A stretch of DNA of 57,758 nucleotides from Gammaproteobacteria bacterium (GTDB lineage: Bacteria > Pseudomonadota > Gammaproteobacteria > GCA-002705445 > GCA-002716945). The notes beneath the pieces are model-generated. The model made no database searches, had not been told where the DNA came from, and worked only from the letters and a program-made list of their open reading frames with translations. Where the stretch lies: the NCBI GenBank assembly GCA_038101125.1, contig JAYNVZ010000003.1, positions 323 to 58,080 of the forward strand, written 5' to 3'. The translations under genes and the position numbers were made by a program. Below, one piece after another: positions 30,221 through 39,460 of the stretch (position 1 is the first letter of the stretch; the number at the start of each line of letters is the position of its first letter).

Positions 30221-30388
30221 ATGAAAAGATATCTATGTTTAATTTGTGGGCTAATTTATGATGAGGCAAAAGGATGGCCAGATGATGGTATTGAGCCAGG
30301 GACAAAATGGGAAGATGTGTCGGAAAACTGGGCTTGTCCTGATTGTGGAGCTGGCAAAGAAGACTTTGATATGATCGAAATAACTTAG
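30221..30388 (+). CDS. rubredoxin
   Basis: 55-aa ORF absent from the supplied track: [55 protein letters not shown]. Has both CxxCG knuckles and the conserved W/Y/F core; stop TAG at 30386-30388. Confidence 0.9.
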   Translation: MKRYLCLICGLIYDEAKGWPDDGIEPGTKWEDVSENWACPDCGAGKEDFDMIEIT

Positions 30389-30397
30389 GCAATGTAG

Positions 30398-31720
30398 TTG
30401 CTAAAAATATCTTCTATAGATCGTAATACTCTAAAGATAGCCATACCTTTAATTATATCTAACATAACAATTCCCTTAGTTGGTTTTGTTGATAACGTTA
30501 TGATGGGTCATCTTGGGTCTATTATATACATCGGTGCAATTGGTGTAGGCACTATTATAATTAGTTATATATTGTTTAGTTTTGGTTTTATTAAGTCTCT
30601 TACTACTGGGTTTGTATCTCAACATAGCGGCAGTAAATCAGACTTAAAACTATTGTTATCATTAGCACATCTAACCCTCATAGCATCGTCAATTTCTATA
30701 ATTATAATTTTGTTTAGAGAAGAAATAGTATTTTTTTCGTTAATGCTTATGGATCCTTCTTTTGAAGTTAGTCAAGGTGCTAAAATTTACCTAGATTATA
30801 GGATTTGGTCTGTCCCAGCTATATTTTATAGAGATATATTAATAGGTTATTACATTGGTCGTCAGCAAACAAAAATTGCCATGGGCATCAGCATTACAGT
30901 TAATATTATTAATATTTTATTAGATTATATATTTATTTTTTATTTAGGATTTAGTATTGAGGGTGTAGCAATTGCATCACTAATAGCAGAATATTCTGTA
31001 ATCCTTTTTATTCTTTATGCTTTTAAGACAGAAAAAATATTTTCTAGAGTCTCTATTGGTTTGAGTGATATTTTTGATTGGGGAAAAATTAAAAGCAAAC
31101 TAATGATTAACTCTGATATGTTTATTAGGTCATTTCTTCTTATGACTATATTTGTATACTTCATGAGTGTAGGCGCTAGTTATGGTAATGAAGTATTAGC
31201 AGCAAATACGATATTATTAAATTTCTTTTTTATTTTCTCCCATGGCATAGATGGTTTCGCACATTCAGCTGAAGTTCTTGTCGGAAACTCTATTGGGAAG
31301 AAAAATAAAAATTTTCTTAATAGCTCAATATTTTCAACAGGCAGGCTATCAATTTACTTAATGTTCCTTTATATAATATTTTTTATATTTTTTAGTCAGG
31401 ATATAATTGCGTTTATTACTAATAGCGAGACTGTTAATATCCTTTCCAACACTTATATGTTGTACATATATCTAATTTTTGTATTTGCCACTATTGCATT
31501 CTGGCTTGATGGAGTCTTTATTGGGGCTATCAAAGTAAAATTACTAAGAAATGTTATGGTCATATCTGCTATATCATTCTTTGTATTAGAAACAATACTA
31601 TTAGGAGGGGATAATCAAGGTTTATGGTTATCTTTCCTGATTTTTTTTGGCCTAAGAAGTTTATTATTGTCTATTATTCTCTATAAATATATTAATGATA
31701 ATAAGTTTCTAGAAAATTAA
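30398..31720 (+). CDS. MATE family efflux transporter (DinF-like)
   Basis: 440 aa, about 12 TM, N-terminal LKIAIPLIISNITIPLVGFVDNVMMGHLG. TTG start at 30398, 9 nt after the rubredoxin stop. Confidence 0.8.
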   Translation: MLKISSIDRNTLKIAIPLIISNITIPLVGFVDNVMMGHLGSIIYIGAIGVGTIIISYILFSFGFIKSLTTGFVSQHSGSKSDLKLLLSLAHLTLIASSISIIIILFREEIVFFSLMLMDPSFEVSQGAKIYLDYRIWSVPAIFYRDILIGYYIGRQQTKIAMGISITVNIINILLDYIFIFYLGFSIEGVAIASLIAEYSVILFILYAFKTEKIFSRVSIGLSDIFDWGKIKSKLMINSDMFIRSFLLMTIFVYFMSVGASYGNEVLAANTILLNFFFIFSHGIDGFAHSAEVLVGNSIGKKNKNFLNSSIFSTGRLSIYLMFLYIIFFIFFSQDIIAFITNSETVNILSNTYMLYIYLIFVFATIAFWLDGVFIGAIKVKLLRNVMVISAISFFVLETILLGGDNQGLWLSFLIFFGLRSLLLSIILYKYINDNKFLEN

Positions 31721-31799
31721 CTTATACTGATTACAGTTCATAATATTTGTGCTATATTGGGAAAAATTTGGTCAATAGTAACCTTAAGGAGAGAGAATC

Positions 31800-32141
31800 A
31801 TGGTATTTGGATTATTTAAGAAAAAGGAGCCAGTTACAGTTACTGTAAAAGGTACTGGTGAAACTTTTAAGTGCGAGCCAGGTCAATTATTAATGAAAGC
31901 TGCTTTTGCTGCAGATGTTAAATGGCCTCACTCATGCAAAGTTGGTAGTTGTGGATCGTGCAGAGCAACTATTGTAGAGGGAGAAGGAGCATATCCATCT
32001 AGCCCATGTGACCCTACTGCACTACTTCATAAAGAAGAAATGGACAATGGGATGGTTATTGCATGCCAATGGGTTCCAAGCACTGACATCACAGTAGATG
32101 TTGAAATAGGAGCTGAAGGCGATAAGAGAGGCATGATCTAA
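31800..32141 (+). CDS. plant-type [2Fe-2S] ferredoxin
   Basis: Cys pattern CKVGSCGSC ... C (Cx4Cx2C ... C in ..VIACQW); AGGAG 9 nt upstream. Confidence 0.8.
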   Translation: MVFGLFKKKEPVTVTVKGTGETFKCEPGQLLMKAAFAADVKWPHSCKVGSCGSCRATIVEGEGAYPSSPCDPTALLHKEEMDNGMVIACQWVPSTDITVDVEIGAEGDKRGMI

Positions 32142-32145
32142 ATCT

Positions 32146-32898
32146 CTATAGTTGGCCATAAGATTTCGACACAGAGTTAGCAGATTCTTTTGCTAACTCA
32201 TATGCCTCTTTATCTCTAGTATTAATAAGTTGTCCAAAATATAGTAAAACTTTAGTGTTTTTTCTTCCCAAGCACCTCAGTGTTATTTTTAGAAGAGTTT
32301 GGGTTTTATCAGCCCAACATACATCGTTATCTGAAGCCATATTCTGAGGATAATCTACAGGGTATCTAATGAATATAGATTGAAGGTTACTATTAGATTT
32401 TGCAATAGAATTGAATAACTTACTATGAAACTTTCTTACATTAATGCCATCACCGATTCGCCCCTCTGGGAAAAAAATAATATTTTTATCTTTTTTCATA
32501 TAGTCTTTCATAGTATTTATTACGCTGTCATTATCATCTGTATCACCTCTTTTTATAAAAATAGTCCCTGTTTTGCCAGCTAAATGACCTATTATTGGCC
32601 ATGATTTAATCTCAGATTTAGCTACAAAGTTTGATGGAATAATTGAATTTAAAACTATAATATCTAGAAAACTAATATGATTAGAAACAAAAGCATTTGC
32701 TTGCATGGATATTTTACCGTCCGAGATAATTTTTAGACCAAACAACTTCATTAAAACTTTCATCCAATATTGGCTGATTTTGTGATGAATAGTTTTCAAG
32801 TTTGATATATTTGTAGGATAGAAAAGTAAAATTATTAATCCAGCTAATATATGTATAATTAATAGTGGAAAACGAATAGTTAAAAGAATTATTTTCAT
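32146..32898 (-). CDS. 1-acyl-sn-glycerol-3-phosphate acyltransferase family protein
   Basis: HxxxxD motif (NHISFLD) and FPEGRI motif; N-terminal TM helix. Confidence 0.75.
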   Translation of the reverse strand: MKIILLTIRFPLLIIHILAGLIILLFYPTNISNLKTIHHKISQYWMKVLMKLFGLKIISDGKISMQANAFVSNHISFLDIIVLNSIIPSNFVAKSEIKSWPIIGHLAGKTGTIFIKRGDTDDNDSVINTMKDYMKKDKNIIFFPEGRIGDGINVRKFHSKLFNSIAKSNSNLQSIFIRYPVDYPQNMASDNDVCWADKTQTLLKITLRCLGRKNTKVLLYFGQLINTRDKEAYELAKESANSVSKSYGQL

Positions 32899-34898
32899 TA
32901 TTTCATGAACTCAATAAATTTATCTATACTTTCTATTGGTGCTGAACATACATTATTCTGACACACATATGCTCTAAATTTACCTTTTGGTTTTTTATCA
33001 GACAAACTATCTACCATTAAAGTAATATTATTAGGTATAAAATATATATTGTCATTTAAAGTTTGAAGTTTATTAATTAGATTCTGATTATATTTAAGGT
33101 CGCTTTCTTCACACCTGATTATGATTAACCTTTTAGAATTATGCGTCTTAGGGGCAGCTAATAAAAGGCTTGAATGCGATGAACTAGACCTATTTAAAGA
33201 ATCATGTGCTGACTTGATTCCATTCTCAACAGCATCAAAATACTTAATATTTCCTGTTAGCTCATAAAGTTCCATGAGAACACCTATCGTTATACTATTG
33301 CCTGATGGAAGTGACTCGTCCATATATGATTTTGGTCTATATATGAGCTCTTCATGATTATCTGAAGTAAAGTAAAAACCTCCATTTTCAATATCTTGAA
33401 AATCTTTAACTAAAACATCAGTTATTTTAATTAAATACTCAAAATTTGAATCATCCCACTCAATTTTGAGTATTTCCAAGCAAGCTCTTGAGAGAAATGC
33501 ATAATCATCAAGATATGCATTGAAGCATGCTTTGTCATGATAACATGCATATAATTTACCATCTTGCCACATATTATTTTTTATAAAATCAAATGATTTT
33601 TTTGCTGAAACCAAATAATCTTTATTTTCAGTCACCTTATACGCATTTATCATTCCCTCAATCACTAATGCATTCCATGAGACGAGTACTTTTTTATCTG
33701 TTCCTGGCCTGATCCTTTCATCTCTTTTCTGAAGTAATTTCTTGCATATCTTGTTTGCTATATCTATATTTTCAAGATAGTAACTTTCATTAGTTTTGGT
33801 CACATGTAAGTGATATTTGCCATCAAAATTTGGCCTATCATATACAACGAACATTTTTTTAAAAACATCAATTTCTTCCTTATTTAGTATATTCTTTAAA
33901 TCATCATCTGACCAAACATAGAATTTACCCTCTATCCCTTCAGAATCAGCATCAATAGTTGAATAATAACCTCCATCATTACTTTGCATTTCAGCCAAGA
34001 GCCAGTCACATGTCTGTGATAGTTTATTAAGATACATTTTATTACCTGTTTTCCTAAATGCATTGGCTAATATGCTAATCATAGGGCCATTATCGTACAA
34101 CATTTTTTCAAAATGTGGGATCATCCATAGTTCATCAACGGAGTATCTGAAAAACCCACCTTTTAAATGATCAAAAATACCAGAGCAGCACATTCTAGAG
34201 AGTGTTAAGTTTATAGCATCCAACACATCCTTGTCTTGTTTTTTTAATGTCTTAATAAGAAATTCTAAATTGTTGATATGGGGAAACTTTGGCGCCGACC
34301 CAAAACCACCATGAACCTTATCCATAGAGGCTAATAATTCATTTTTAACTTTTTCCATCAGGTTATCATTGATGATGTTTTTTGATTCCTTTAATTTATT
34401 TAAATTATTAAAAATATTTTTAATTTGGACATTTTGTAATTCTATGTCTCTTTTTTGATCTATATAAAAATCATTTACTCTAATCAAAATATCTTTGAAA
34501 GATGGTAATCCATGTCTTTCAGTATTTGGGAAGTATGTCCCAGCAAAAAATGGAAACTTCTTTGGCGTCATAAAGACAGTAAGAGGCCACCCTCCTGTTT
34601 TGCCAGTAATTATAGTTTGAGACATCTGATAAATCTTATCTAGATCTGGTCTTTCTTCTTTATCAAGCTTTATATTAATAAAGTTTTTATTCATTATTTC
34701 TGCTGTAGCATCATCTTCGAAAGATTCATGTGCCATTACATGACACCAGTGACATGCAGAATAGCCTATTGATAACATGACAGGTTTGTCTTCTTGTTCT
34801 GCTATTAGGAATGCTTCATCAGACCAAGGGTACCAGTCTACTGGATTATCAGCATGTTGAAGAAGGTAATCACTTTTTTCTTTTTTTAATCTATTCAT
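32898..34898 (-). CDS. thioredoxin-domain (DUF255/YyaL) protein with six-hairpin glycosidase-like domain
   Basis: [29 protein letters not shown] signature; 666 aa. Confidence 0.85.
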   Translation of the reverse strand: MNRLKKEKSDYLLQHADNPVDWYPWSDEAFLIAEQEDKPVMLSIGYSACHWCHVMAHESFEDDATAEIMNKNFINIKLDKEERPDLDKIYQMSQTIITGKTGGWPLTVFMTPKKFPFFAGTYFPNTERHGLPSFKDILIRVNDFYIDQKRDIELQNVQIKNIFNNLNKLKESKNIINDNLMEKVKNELLASMDKVHGGFGSAPKFPHINNLEFLIKTLKKQDKDVLDAINLTLSRMCCSGIFDHLKGGFFRYSVDELWMIPHFEKMLYDNGPMISILANAFRKTGNKMYLNKLSQTCDWLLAEMQSNDGGYYSTIDADSEGIEGKFYVWSDDDLKNILNKEEIDVFKKMFVVYDRPNFDGKYHLHVTKTNESYYLENIDIANKICKKLLQKRDERIRPGTDKKVLVSWNALVIEGMINAYKVTENKDYLVSAKKSFDFIKNNMWQDGKLYACYHDKACFNAYLDDYAFLSRACLEILKIEWDDSNFEYLIKITDVLVKDFQDIENGGFYFTSDNHEELIYRPKSYMDESLPSGNSITIGVLMELYELTGNIKYFDAVENGIKSAHDSLNRSSSSHSSLLLAAPKTHNSKRLIIIRCEESDLKYNQNLINKLQTLNDNIYFIPNNITLMVDSLSDKKPKGKFRAYVCQNNVCSAPIESIDKFIEFMK

Positions 34899-34959
34899 TA
34901 TTTGATTCTATACTACAGTTTCATAGGCTATTATAATTACTATAATAATTCAATTTTAA

Positions 34960-35745
34960 ATGATATATACACATAATATACATCCAATAATAGTTTCAGT
35001 AGGACCGATAGACTTATATTGGTATGGAGCTATGTATGCTATTTCATTTCTACTAATTGATTATTTGGTGAAGAGAGAGGTTGTTCATAACACCACGTAT
35101 GAATTTAATGTTAGTTTTATTGATCAATTAGTTTTTATCTCGATATTGTCGGTTATTATTGGCGGTAGACTCGGATATGTAATTTTCTATAATTTTGATT
35201 ATTATTTAGAAAACCTTAATAAAGTTTTTTATATCTGGGAAGGTGGAATGTCATTTCATGGAGCTTTGATAGGTGTTTTTGTTGGTCTTATATTTTTGAG
35301 TATTAACAACAAAATAAAATTCTTTAAGTTATCTGATTTTCTAGTTCCATTTATACCAATTGGTTTATTTTTAGGAAGAATTGGAAATTTTATTAATTCA
35401 GAGTTATATGGCTCTCCCACTAATTCTAATTGGGGAGTTATTTTTCCACTAGTAGACTCGGTACCAAGGCATCCATCAATGTTGTATGAGGCTTTTTTAG
35501 AAGGGATAGTATTATATTTACTATTATTGTTTTTCAAGATCAATCGACCACCCACAGGCACCCTAACTGCAATATTTTTAATTTTTTATTCTATATTTAG
35601 ATTCTGTGTAGAGTTTGTTAGAGTACCGGATCTTCACATTGGCTATATTTATTCAACATGGTTAACAACAGGTATGATTTTATGTGTACCGATGTTTTTT
35701 GTTGGAATCTTAATTTATTATTATTCAAAAAAAGGTAGAATATAG
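34960..35745 (+). CDS. lgt: prolipoprotein diacylglyceryl transferase
   Basis: [32 protein letters not shown]. Confidence 0.92.
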   Translation: MIYTHNIHPIIVSVGPIDLYWYGAMYAISFLLIDYLVKREVVHNTTYEFNVSFIDQLVFISILSVIIGGRLGYVIFYNFDYYLENLNKVFYIWEGGMSFHGALIGVFVGLIFLSINNKIKFFKLSDFLVPFIPIGLFLGRIGNFINSELYGSPTNSNWGVIFPLVDSVPRHPSMLYEAFLEGIVLYLLLLFFKINRPPTGTLTAIFLIFYSIFRFCVEFVRVPDLHIGYIYSTWLTTGMILCVPMFFVGILIYYYSKKGRI

Positions 35746-35746
35746 T

Positions 35747-36541
35747 ATGAAACAATATCATGATTTACTAAAAGAAGTTTTAGCGAACGGAAGCATTAAA
35801 TCTGATAGAACAGGTACGGGCACTATATCAATGTTTGGATATCAAATGAGATTCAACTTATCAGATGGTTTCCCTTTATTAACTACAAAAAAAATTCACT
35901 TCAAATCAGTTGTACATGAACTTTTATGGTTTTTAAAAGGCAGCACTAATATAGATTACCTACAAAAAAATGATATTAAGATATGGGATGAATGGGCAGA
36001 CGAAAATGGTGAGTTGGGGCCAATATATGGGAGTCAATGGCGTTCATGGGAAAATTCTAATGGTGAGCAAATTGATCAGATACATTTATTGATAGAGAGC
36101 ATCAAAAAAAATCCAAACTCACGAAGACATATTGTTTCAGCTTGGAATGTTGGAGAACTTGATAAGATGAACTTACCACCATGTCATATTCTATTTCAGT
36201 TTTACATTCATGATAATAAATTATCATGTCAATTGTATCAACGTAGTGCAGATATATTTCTTGGAGTACCTTTTAACATAGCATCTTATGCTCTGCTTAC
36301 TATGATGGTAGCGAATCAAGCAGGGCTTGATTATGGTGACTTCGTTCACACGTTTGGTGATGCTCACATATATTTAAACCATAAAGACCAGGTAAATGAG
36401 CAGCTTAAGAGAACGCCTAAGAAGTTGCCCACAGTCATAATAAATAAAAATGTAAATTCCATCTTTGATTATAAATATGAAGATTTCTCTCTAATAGATT
36501 ATAATCCAGATGAGCATATCAAAGCTCCTGTATCTGTATGA
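35747..36541 (+). CDS. thyA: thymidylate synthase
   Basis: [32 protein letters not shown]. Confidence 0.97.
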   Translation: MKQYHDLLKEVLANGSIKSDRTGTGTISMFGYQMRFNLSDGFPLLTTKKIHFKSVVHELLWFLKGSTNIDYLQKNDIKIWDEWADENGELGPIYGSQWRSWENSNGEQIDQIHLLIESIKKNPNSRRHIVSAWNVGELDKMNLPPCHILFQFYIHDNKLSCQLYQRSADIFLGVPFNIASYALLTMMVANQAGLDYGDFVHTFGDAHIYLNHKDQVNEQLKRTPKKLPTVIINKNVNSIFDYKYEDFSLIDYNPDEHIKAPVSV

Positions 36542-37032
36542 CACCAATAATATCAATAATTGTAGCAATGGATAAAAATAATTTAATTGGTAAAAAAGAC
36601 AGAATACCATGGCATATTCCAAGCGAATTAAAGAGATTTAGAGATTTAACTATGGGAAAGCCAATTATAATGGGCAGGAAGACTCATGAGTCTATAGGAA
36701 AAATTTTAGATGGAAGAGATAATATCGTCTTAACCACAAATAAAAAGTATACTCATGATGGTATTATTATTTATCATGATCTGCGAAGTATATTTCAAGA
36801 TTATTCTAGTCATGAAGAACTATTTATCATAGGTGGATCTGAAATCTATCAGCTTGCTTTTCCTTTTGCTAAGAAATTATATATTACATATGTTCAAGGG
36901 GAGTTTAATGGGGACACATGGTTTCCTGAGTTTAGTTTAGATAACTGGTCAATAATATATGATCAGAGTTTTGAATGTTCAAAAAGTAATATTAGATATT
37001 CAGCAAAAATATATAATAAGATTAATGAATGA
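36538..37032 (+). CDS. folA: dihydrofolate reductase
   Basis: [34 protein letters not shown]; ATGA overlap with thyA. Confidence 0.92.
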   Translation: MTPIISIIVAMDKNNLIGKKDRIPWHIPSELKRFRDLTMGKPIIMGRKTHESIGKILDGRDNIVLTTNKKYTHDGIIIYHDLRSIFQDYSSHEELFIIGGSEIYQLAFPFAKKLYITYVQGEFNGDTWFPEFSLDNWSIIYDQSFECSKSNIRYSAKIYNKINE

Positions 37033-37399
37033 CTCTTGGAATTGTTAAAACAAATTCTGGTATCTCAGCATCAAAATATTTTTCAGAATCATTGATCATT
37101 TGATATGTACCTTTCATGGTTCCTAATGAAGTTTCCAAGACTGTTCCACTGGTATACTGATACTCATCACCTGGGTTGATATAAGGTTGATCCCCCACTA
37201 CGCCTTCACCTTTAACATTTTGGACTTTACCATTAGCATCTTCTATTATCCAATGCCTAGATAGAAGTTTAGCCCCCATATCACCTTTATTTTTTATAGA
37301 AACTGTATACAGAAAATAAAATTTATTATTATCAGGATCAGATTCCTGTTGCAAGTAGCTCGTATCTATTGATATTGAGATATTATTATTCTTAGACAT
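37022..37399 (-). CDS. apaG: ApaG (DUF525) protein
   Basis: YTVSIKN, SRHWIIEDANG, GEGVVGDQP; 3' end overlaps the folA 3' end by 11 nt. Confidence 0.9.
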   Translation of the reverse strand: MSKNNNISISIDTSYLQQESDPDNNKFYFLYTVSIKNKGDMGAKLLSRHWIIEDANGKVQNVKGEGVVGDQPYINPGDEYQYTSGTVLETSLGTMKGTYQMINDSEKYFDAEIPEFVLTIPRVIH

Positions 37400-37494
37400 A
37401 TTTTGATCATTACCTATTTGTGCTAGCTATTTACTGTTAAAATAGAATATACATTAATTTTAGACAGATTGAATCAAATTTGAAAGTAAAAAAT

Positions 37495-37830
37495 ATGAAT
37501 ATTGAAGATTTAGCTATATACAAAAAATTCTTGAATAAGTTTGCTCATAATAAAAAAAAAGCTCTTGAGGGACTAGAAACCATTAAAGAGATACTAAATA
37601 CAGAATCCAGAGAAACATCTGAGATGTTGGAGATTTACAGAAAATATATGGCTGGGGAAGAACTTGACAAAGATGCCATTAATAAAGCAAATAGCCAATT
37701 TGCAGATTTGATCAAGAATGCTGGCTTACTTGGTGTATTTGCATTGCCAGGTGGACTAGTTGCAATAGCCTTCTTGGTGAAGCTAGGGAAAAAATTCGGA
37801 ATTGACATCCTGCCAAAGAGCTTCAAGTAA
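37495..37830 (+). CDS. small membrane-anchored protein, tentatively LETM1-like
   Basis: 111 aa from ATG 37495 (TTG 37480 also in frame): helical N-terminus, one C-terminal TM. SQFADL...LPGGLVAIAFLVKLGKKFGIDILPKSFK resembles, from memory, the LETM1 core RQFLRICADLFRLVPF...LLPVAVKLFPNMLPSTFE. Unverified. Confidence 0.4.
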   Translation: MNIEDLAIYKKFLNKFAHNKKKALEGLETIKEILNTESRETSEMLEIYRKYMAGEELDKDAINKANSQFADLIKNAGLLGVFALPGGLVAIAFLVKLGKKFGIDILPKSFK

Positions 37831-37834
37831 TAAC

Positions 37835-38272
37835 TTAAATATTCCCGCCTTTTTTCTGTATCCTTAGGCCTAAAATAAGGGAAGGTAACAAGAATACGGC
37901 GAATAAGAGCACAAACTGATAAAACCTATTGAGGTCCAGAACATTCAATAAGCCAGCAGCTATTAAATTAATCCATATATAAAAAAAGAACAAAAATCTA
38001 TCAGGATTCTTTACCCAGGTCATATGTTGTAACATCAGCGTAGTTGGTAATTTACCGTGTAAACCATATAAAATAAGAATGATTAAAAGCGAGATGACTG
38101 TGCTTATTACTATAGATGTAGCTAGTAAACTTGATAAACCAAGCATCACAAGCGTATTGTTGATCATCAAAAGGTAATCTTCCGTCCATAACCAAACAAG
38201 TAGTGCTGTTAAAACACCATAAGTAAACGCTCTTACACCTTCCGGACTAATAGACTTCCAAGGATCACCCAT
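37835..38272 (-). CDS. hypothetical 4-TM membrane protein
   Basis: 145 aa with four hydrophobic segments and no motif I recognise; converges on the previous ORF with a 4-nt gap. Confidence 0.45.
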   Translation of the reverse strand: MGDPWKSISPEGVRAFTYGVLTALLVWLWTEDYLLMINNTLVMLGLSSLLATSIVISTVISLLIILILYGLHGKLPTTLMLQHMTWVKNPDRFLFFFYIWINLIAAGLLNVLDLNRFYQFVLLFAVFLLPSLILGLRIQKKGGNI

Positions 38273-38348
38273 AATATTATCTCCTCATATTATTATCTTT
38301 GTATTATAATTCAATTTTATCAGTATGGATAATTATTAATTATTTATT

Positions 38349-38963
38349 ATGTCTACTATCTACATCATAAGCGCACCCTCGGGTGCAGGTAAAACTAGTT
38401 TAGTAAAGGGACTCTGCAATTCTCTTACATTTATAAAGCCATCTGTGTCTTATACCACAAGAAAAGTAAGGGAATCTGAAGTTGATGGAAAGGATTACTT
38501 TTTTGTAAGTAGAGAAAATTTTGAAGAAAAAATTAGCAATAATGATTTTCTCGAGTATCAAGACGTATATGGAAATATGTATGGATCTACATTGGAGTCA
38601 GTAAATACAATAACATCTCATGGTTCGGATGTAGTCTTGGAAATCGACTATAAAGGGATGCTAGCTGTTAAACGAGAATTACCTCATGCAATATCTGTAT
38701 ACATCACTCCTCCTAGCATAGAAACCCTTAAAGAGAGATTATTGAAACGAGGAGAAGATACCGAGGAAGTAATTAACAAAAGAATGGCATCCTCCTCACA
38801 TGAGATGAAATATGCCAAATATGCAGATTATATGGTTATCAATGATAATTATGATGATGCTCTTAATCTATTAAAGGGAATCATTTTATTAAATCGAATT
38901 AATCATAGGCAATTAAATAGCTGGGCTAATTATCTCAATAAAATCATCAACCGCATTGTTTAA
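38349..38963 (+). CDS. gmk: guanylate kinase
   Basis: P-loop SAPSGAGKTS, SYTTRKVRESEVDGKDYFFVS. Confidence 0.93.
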   Translation: MSTIYIISAPSGAGKTSLVKGLCNSLTFIKPSVSYTTRKVRESEVDGKDYFFVSRENFEEKISNNDFLEYQDVYGNMYGSTLESVNTITSHGSDVVLEIDYKGMLAVKRELPHAISVYITPPSIETLKERLLKRGEDTEEVINKRMASSSHEMKYAKYADYMVINDNYDDALNLLKGIILLNRINHRQLNSWANYLNKIINRIV

Positions 38964-39007
38964 AAAGTTTTATCTGATACAATGATTTGATCATATAAGG
39001 AACAAAA

Positions 39008-39442
39008 ATGGCTAGAATTACAATTGAAGACTGCTTGGAACAACTTGATAACGCATTTGATATATGTGCTCTTGCAGGTAAAAGAGCTAAAGACTTAGCT
39101 TCAGGAGCTGATCCACTTGTTGAATCAAAAGATAAACCTACAGTTATCGCACTAAGAGAAATCTCCGCTGGCAAGATTGGTATGGACTATTTTGAGATCA
39201 GCAATAAAGAGAAAATTGAAAGTCAACTATTTGGTGATGGTATTAGCGAAGAAGAGGTAATCACAGAGTTATCTCAACAACTTGAAGAAATGCCTTCTAC
39301 TGAATCACTTGCATCTTCAACCAATCAACAAGATATCTCCAATGATACTAAATTAGACGCCAGCCCTGCTATTAATGATGATGTTAAGCCAAATGATGAT
39401 GTTGATGAGGCTGATGCATCTAAAGATAAAGTTATCGAATAA
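39008..39442 (+). CDS. rpoZ: RNA polymerase omega subunit with extended acidic C-terminal tail
   Basis: MARITIEDCLEQLDNAFDICALAGKRAKDL ... ALREISAGKI conserved core; gmk-rpoZ-spoT synteny; 144 aa. Confidence 0.9.
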   Translation: MARITIEDCLEQLDNAFDICALAGKRAKDLASGADPLVESKDKPTVIALREISAGKIGMDYFEISNKEKIESQLFGDGISEEEVITELSQQLEEMPSTESLASSTNQQDISNDTKLDASPAINDDVKPNDDVDEADASKDKVIE

Positions 39443-39460
39443 ACAACACCATTATTACTA

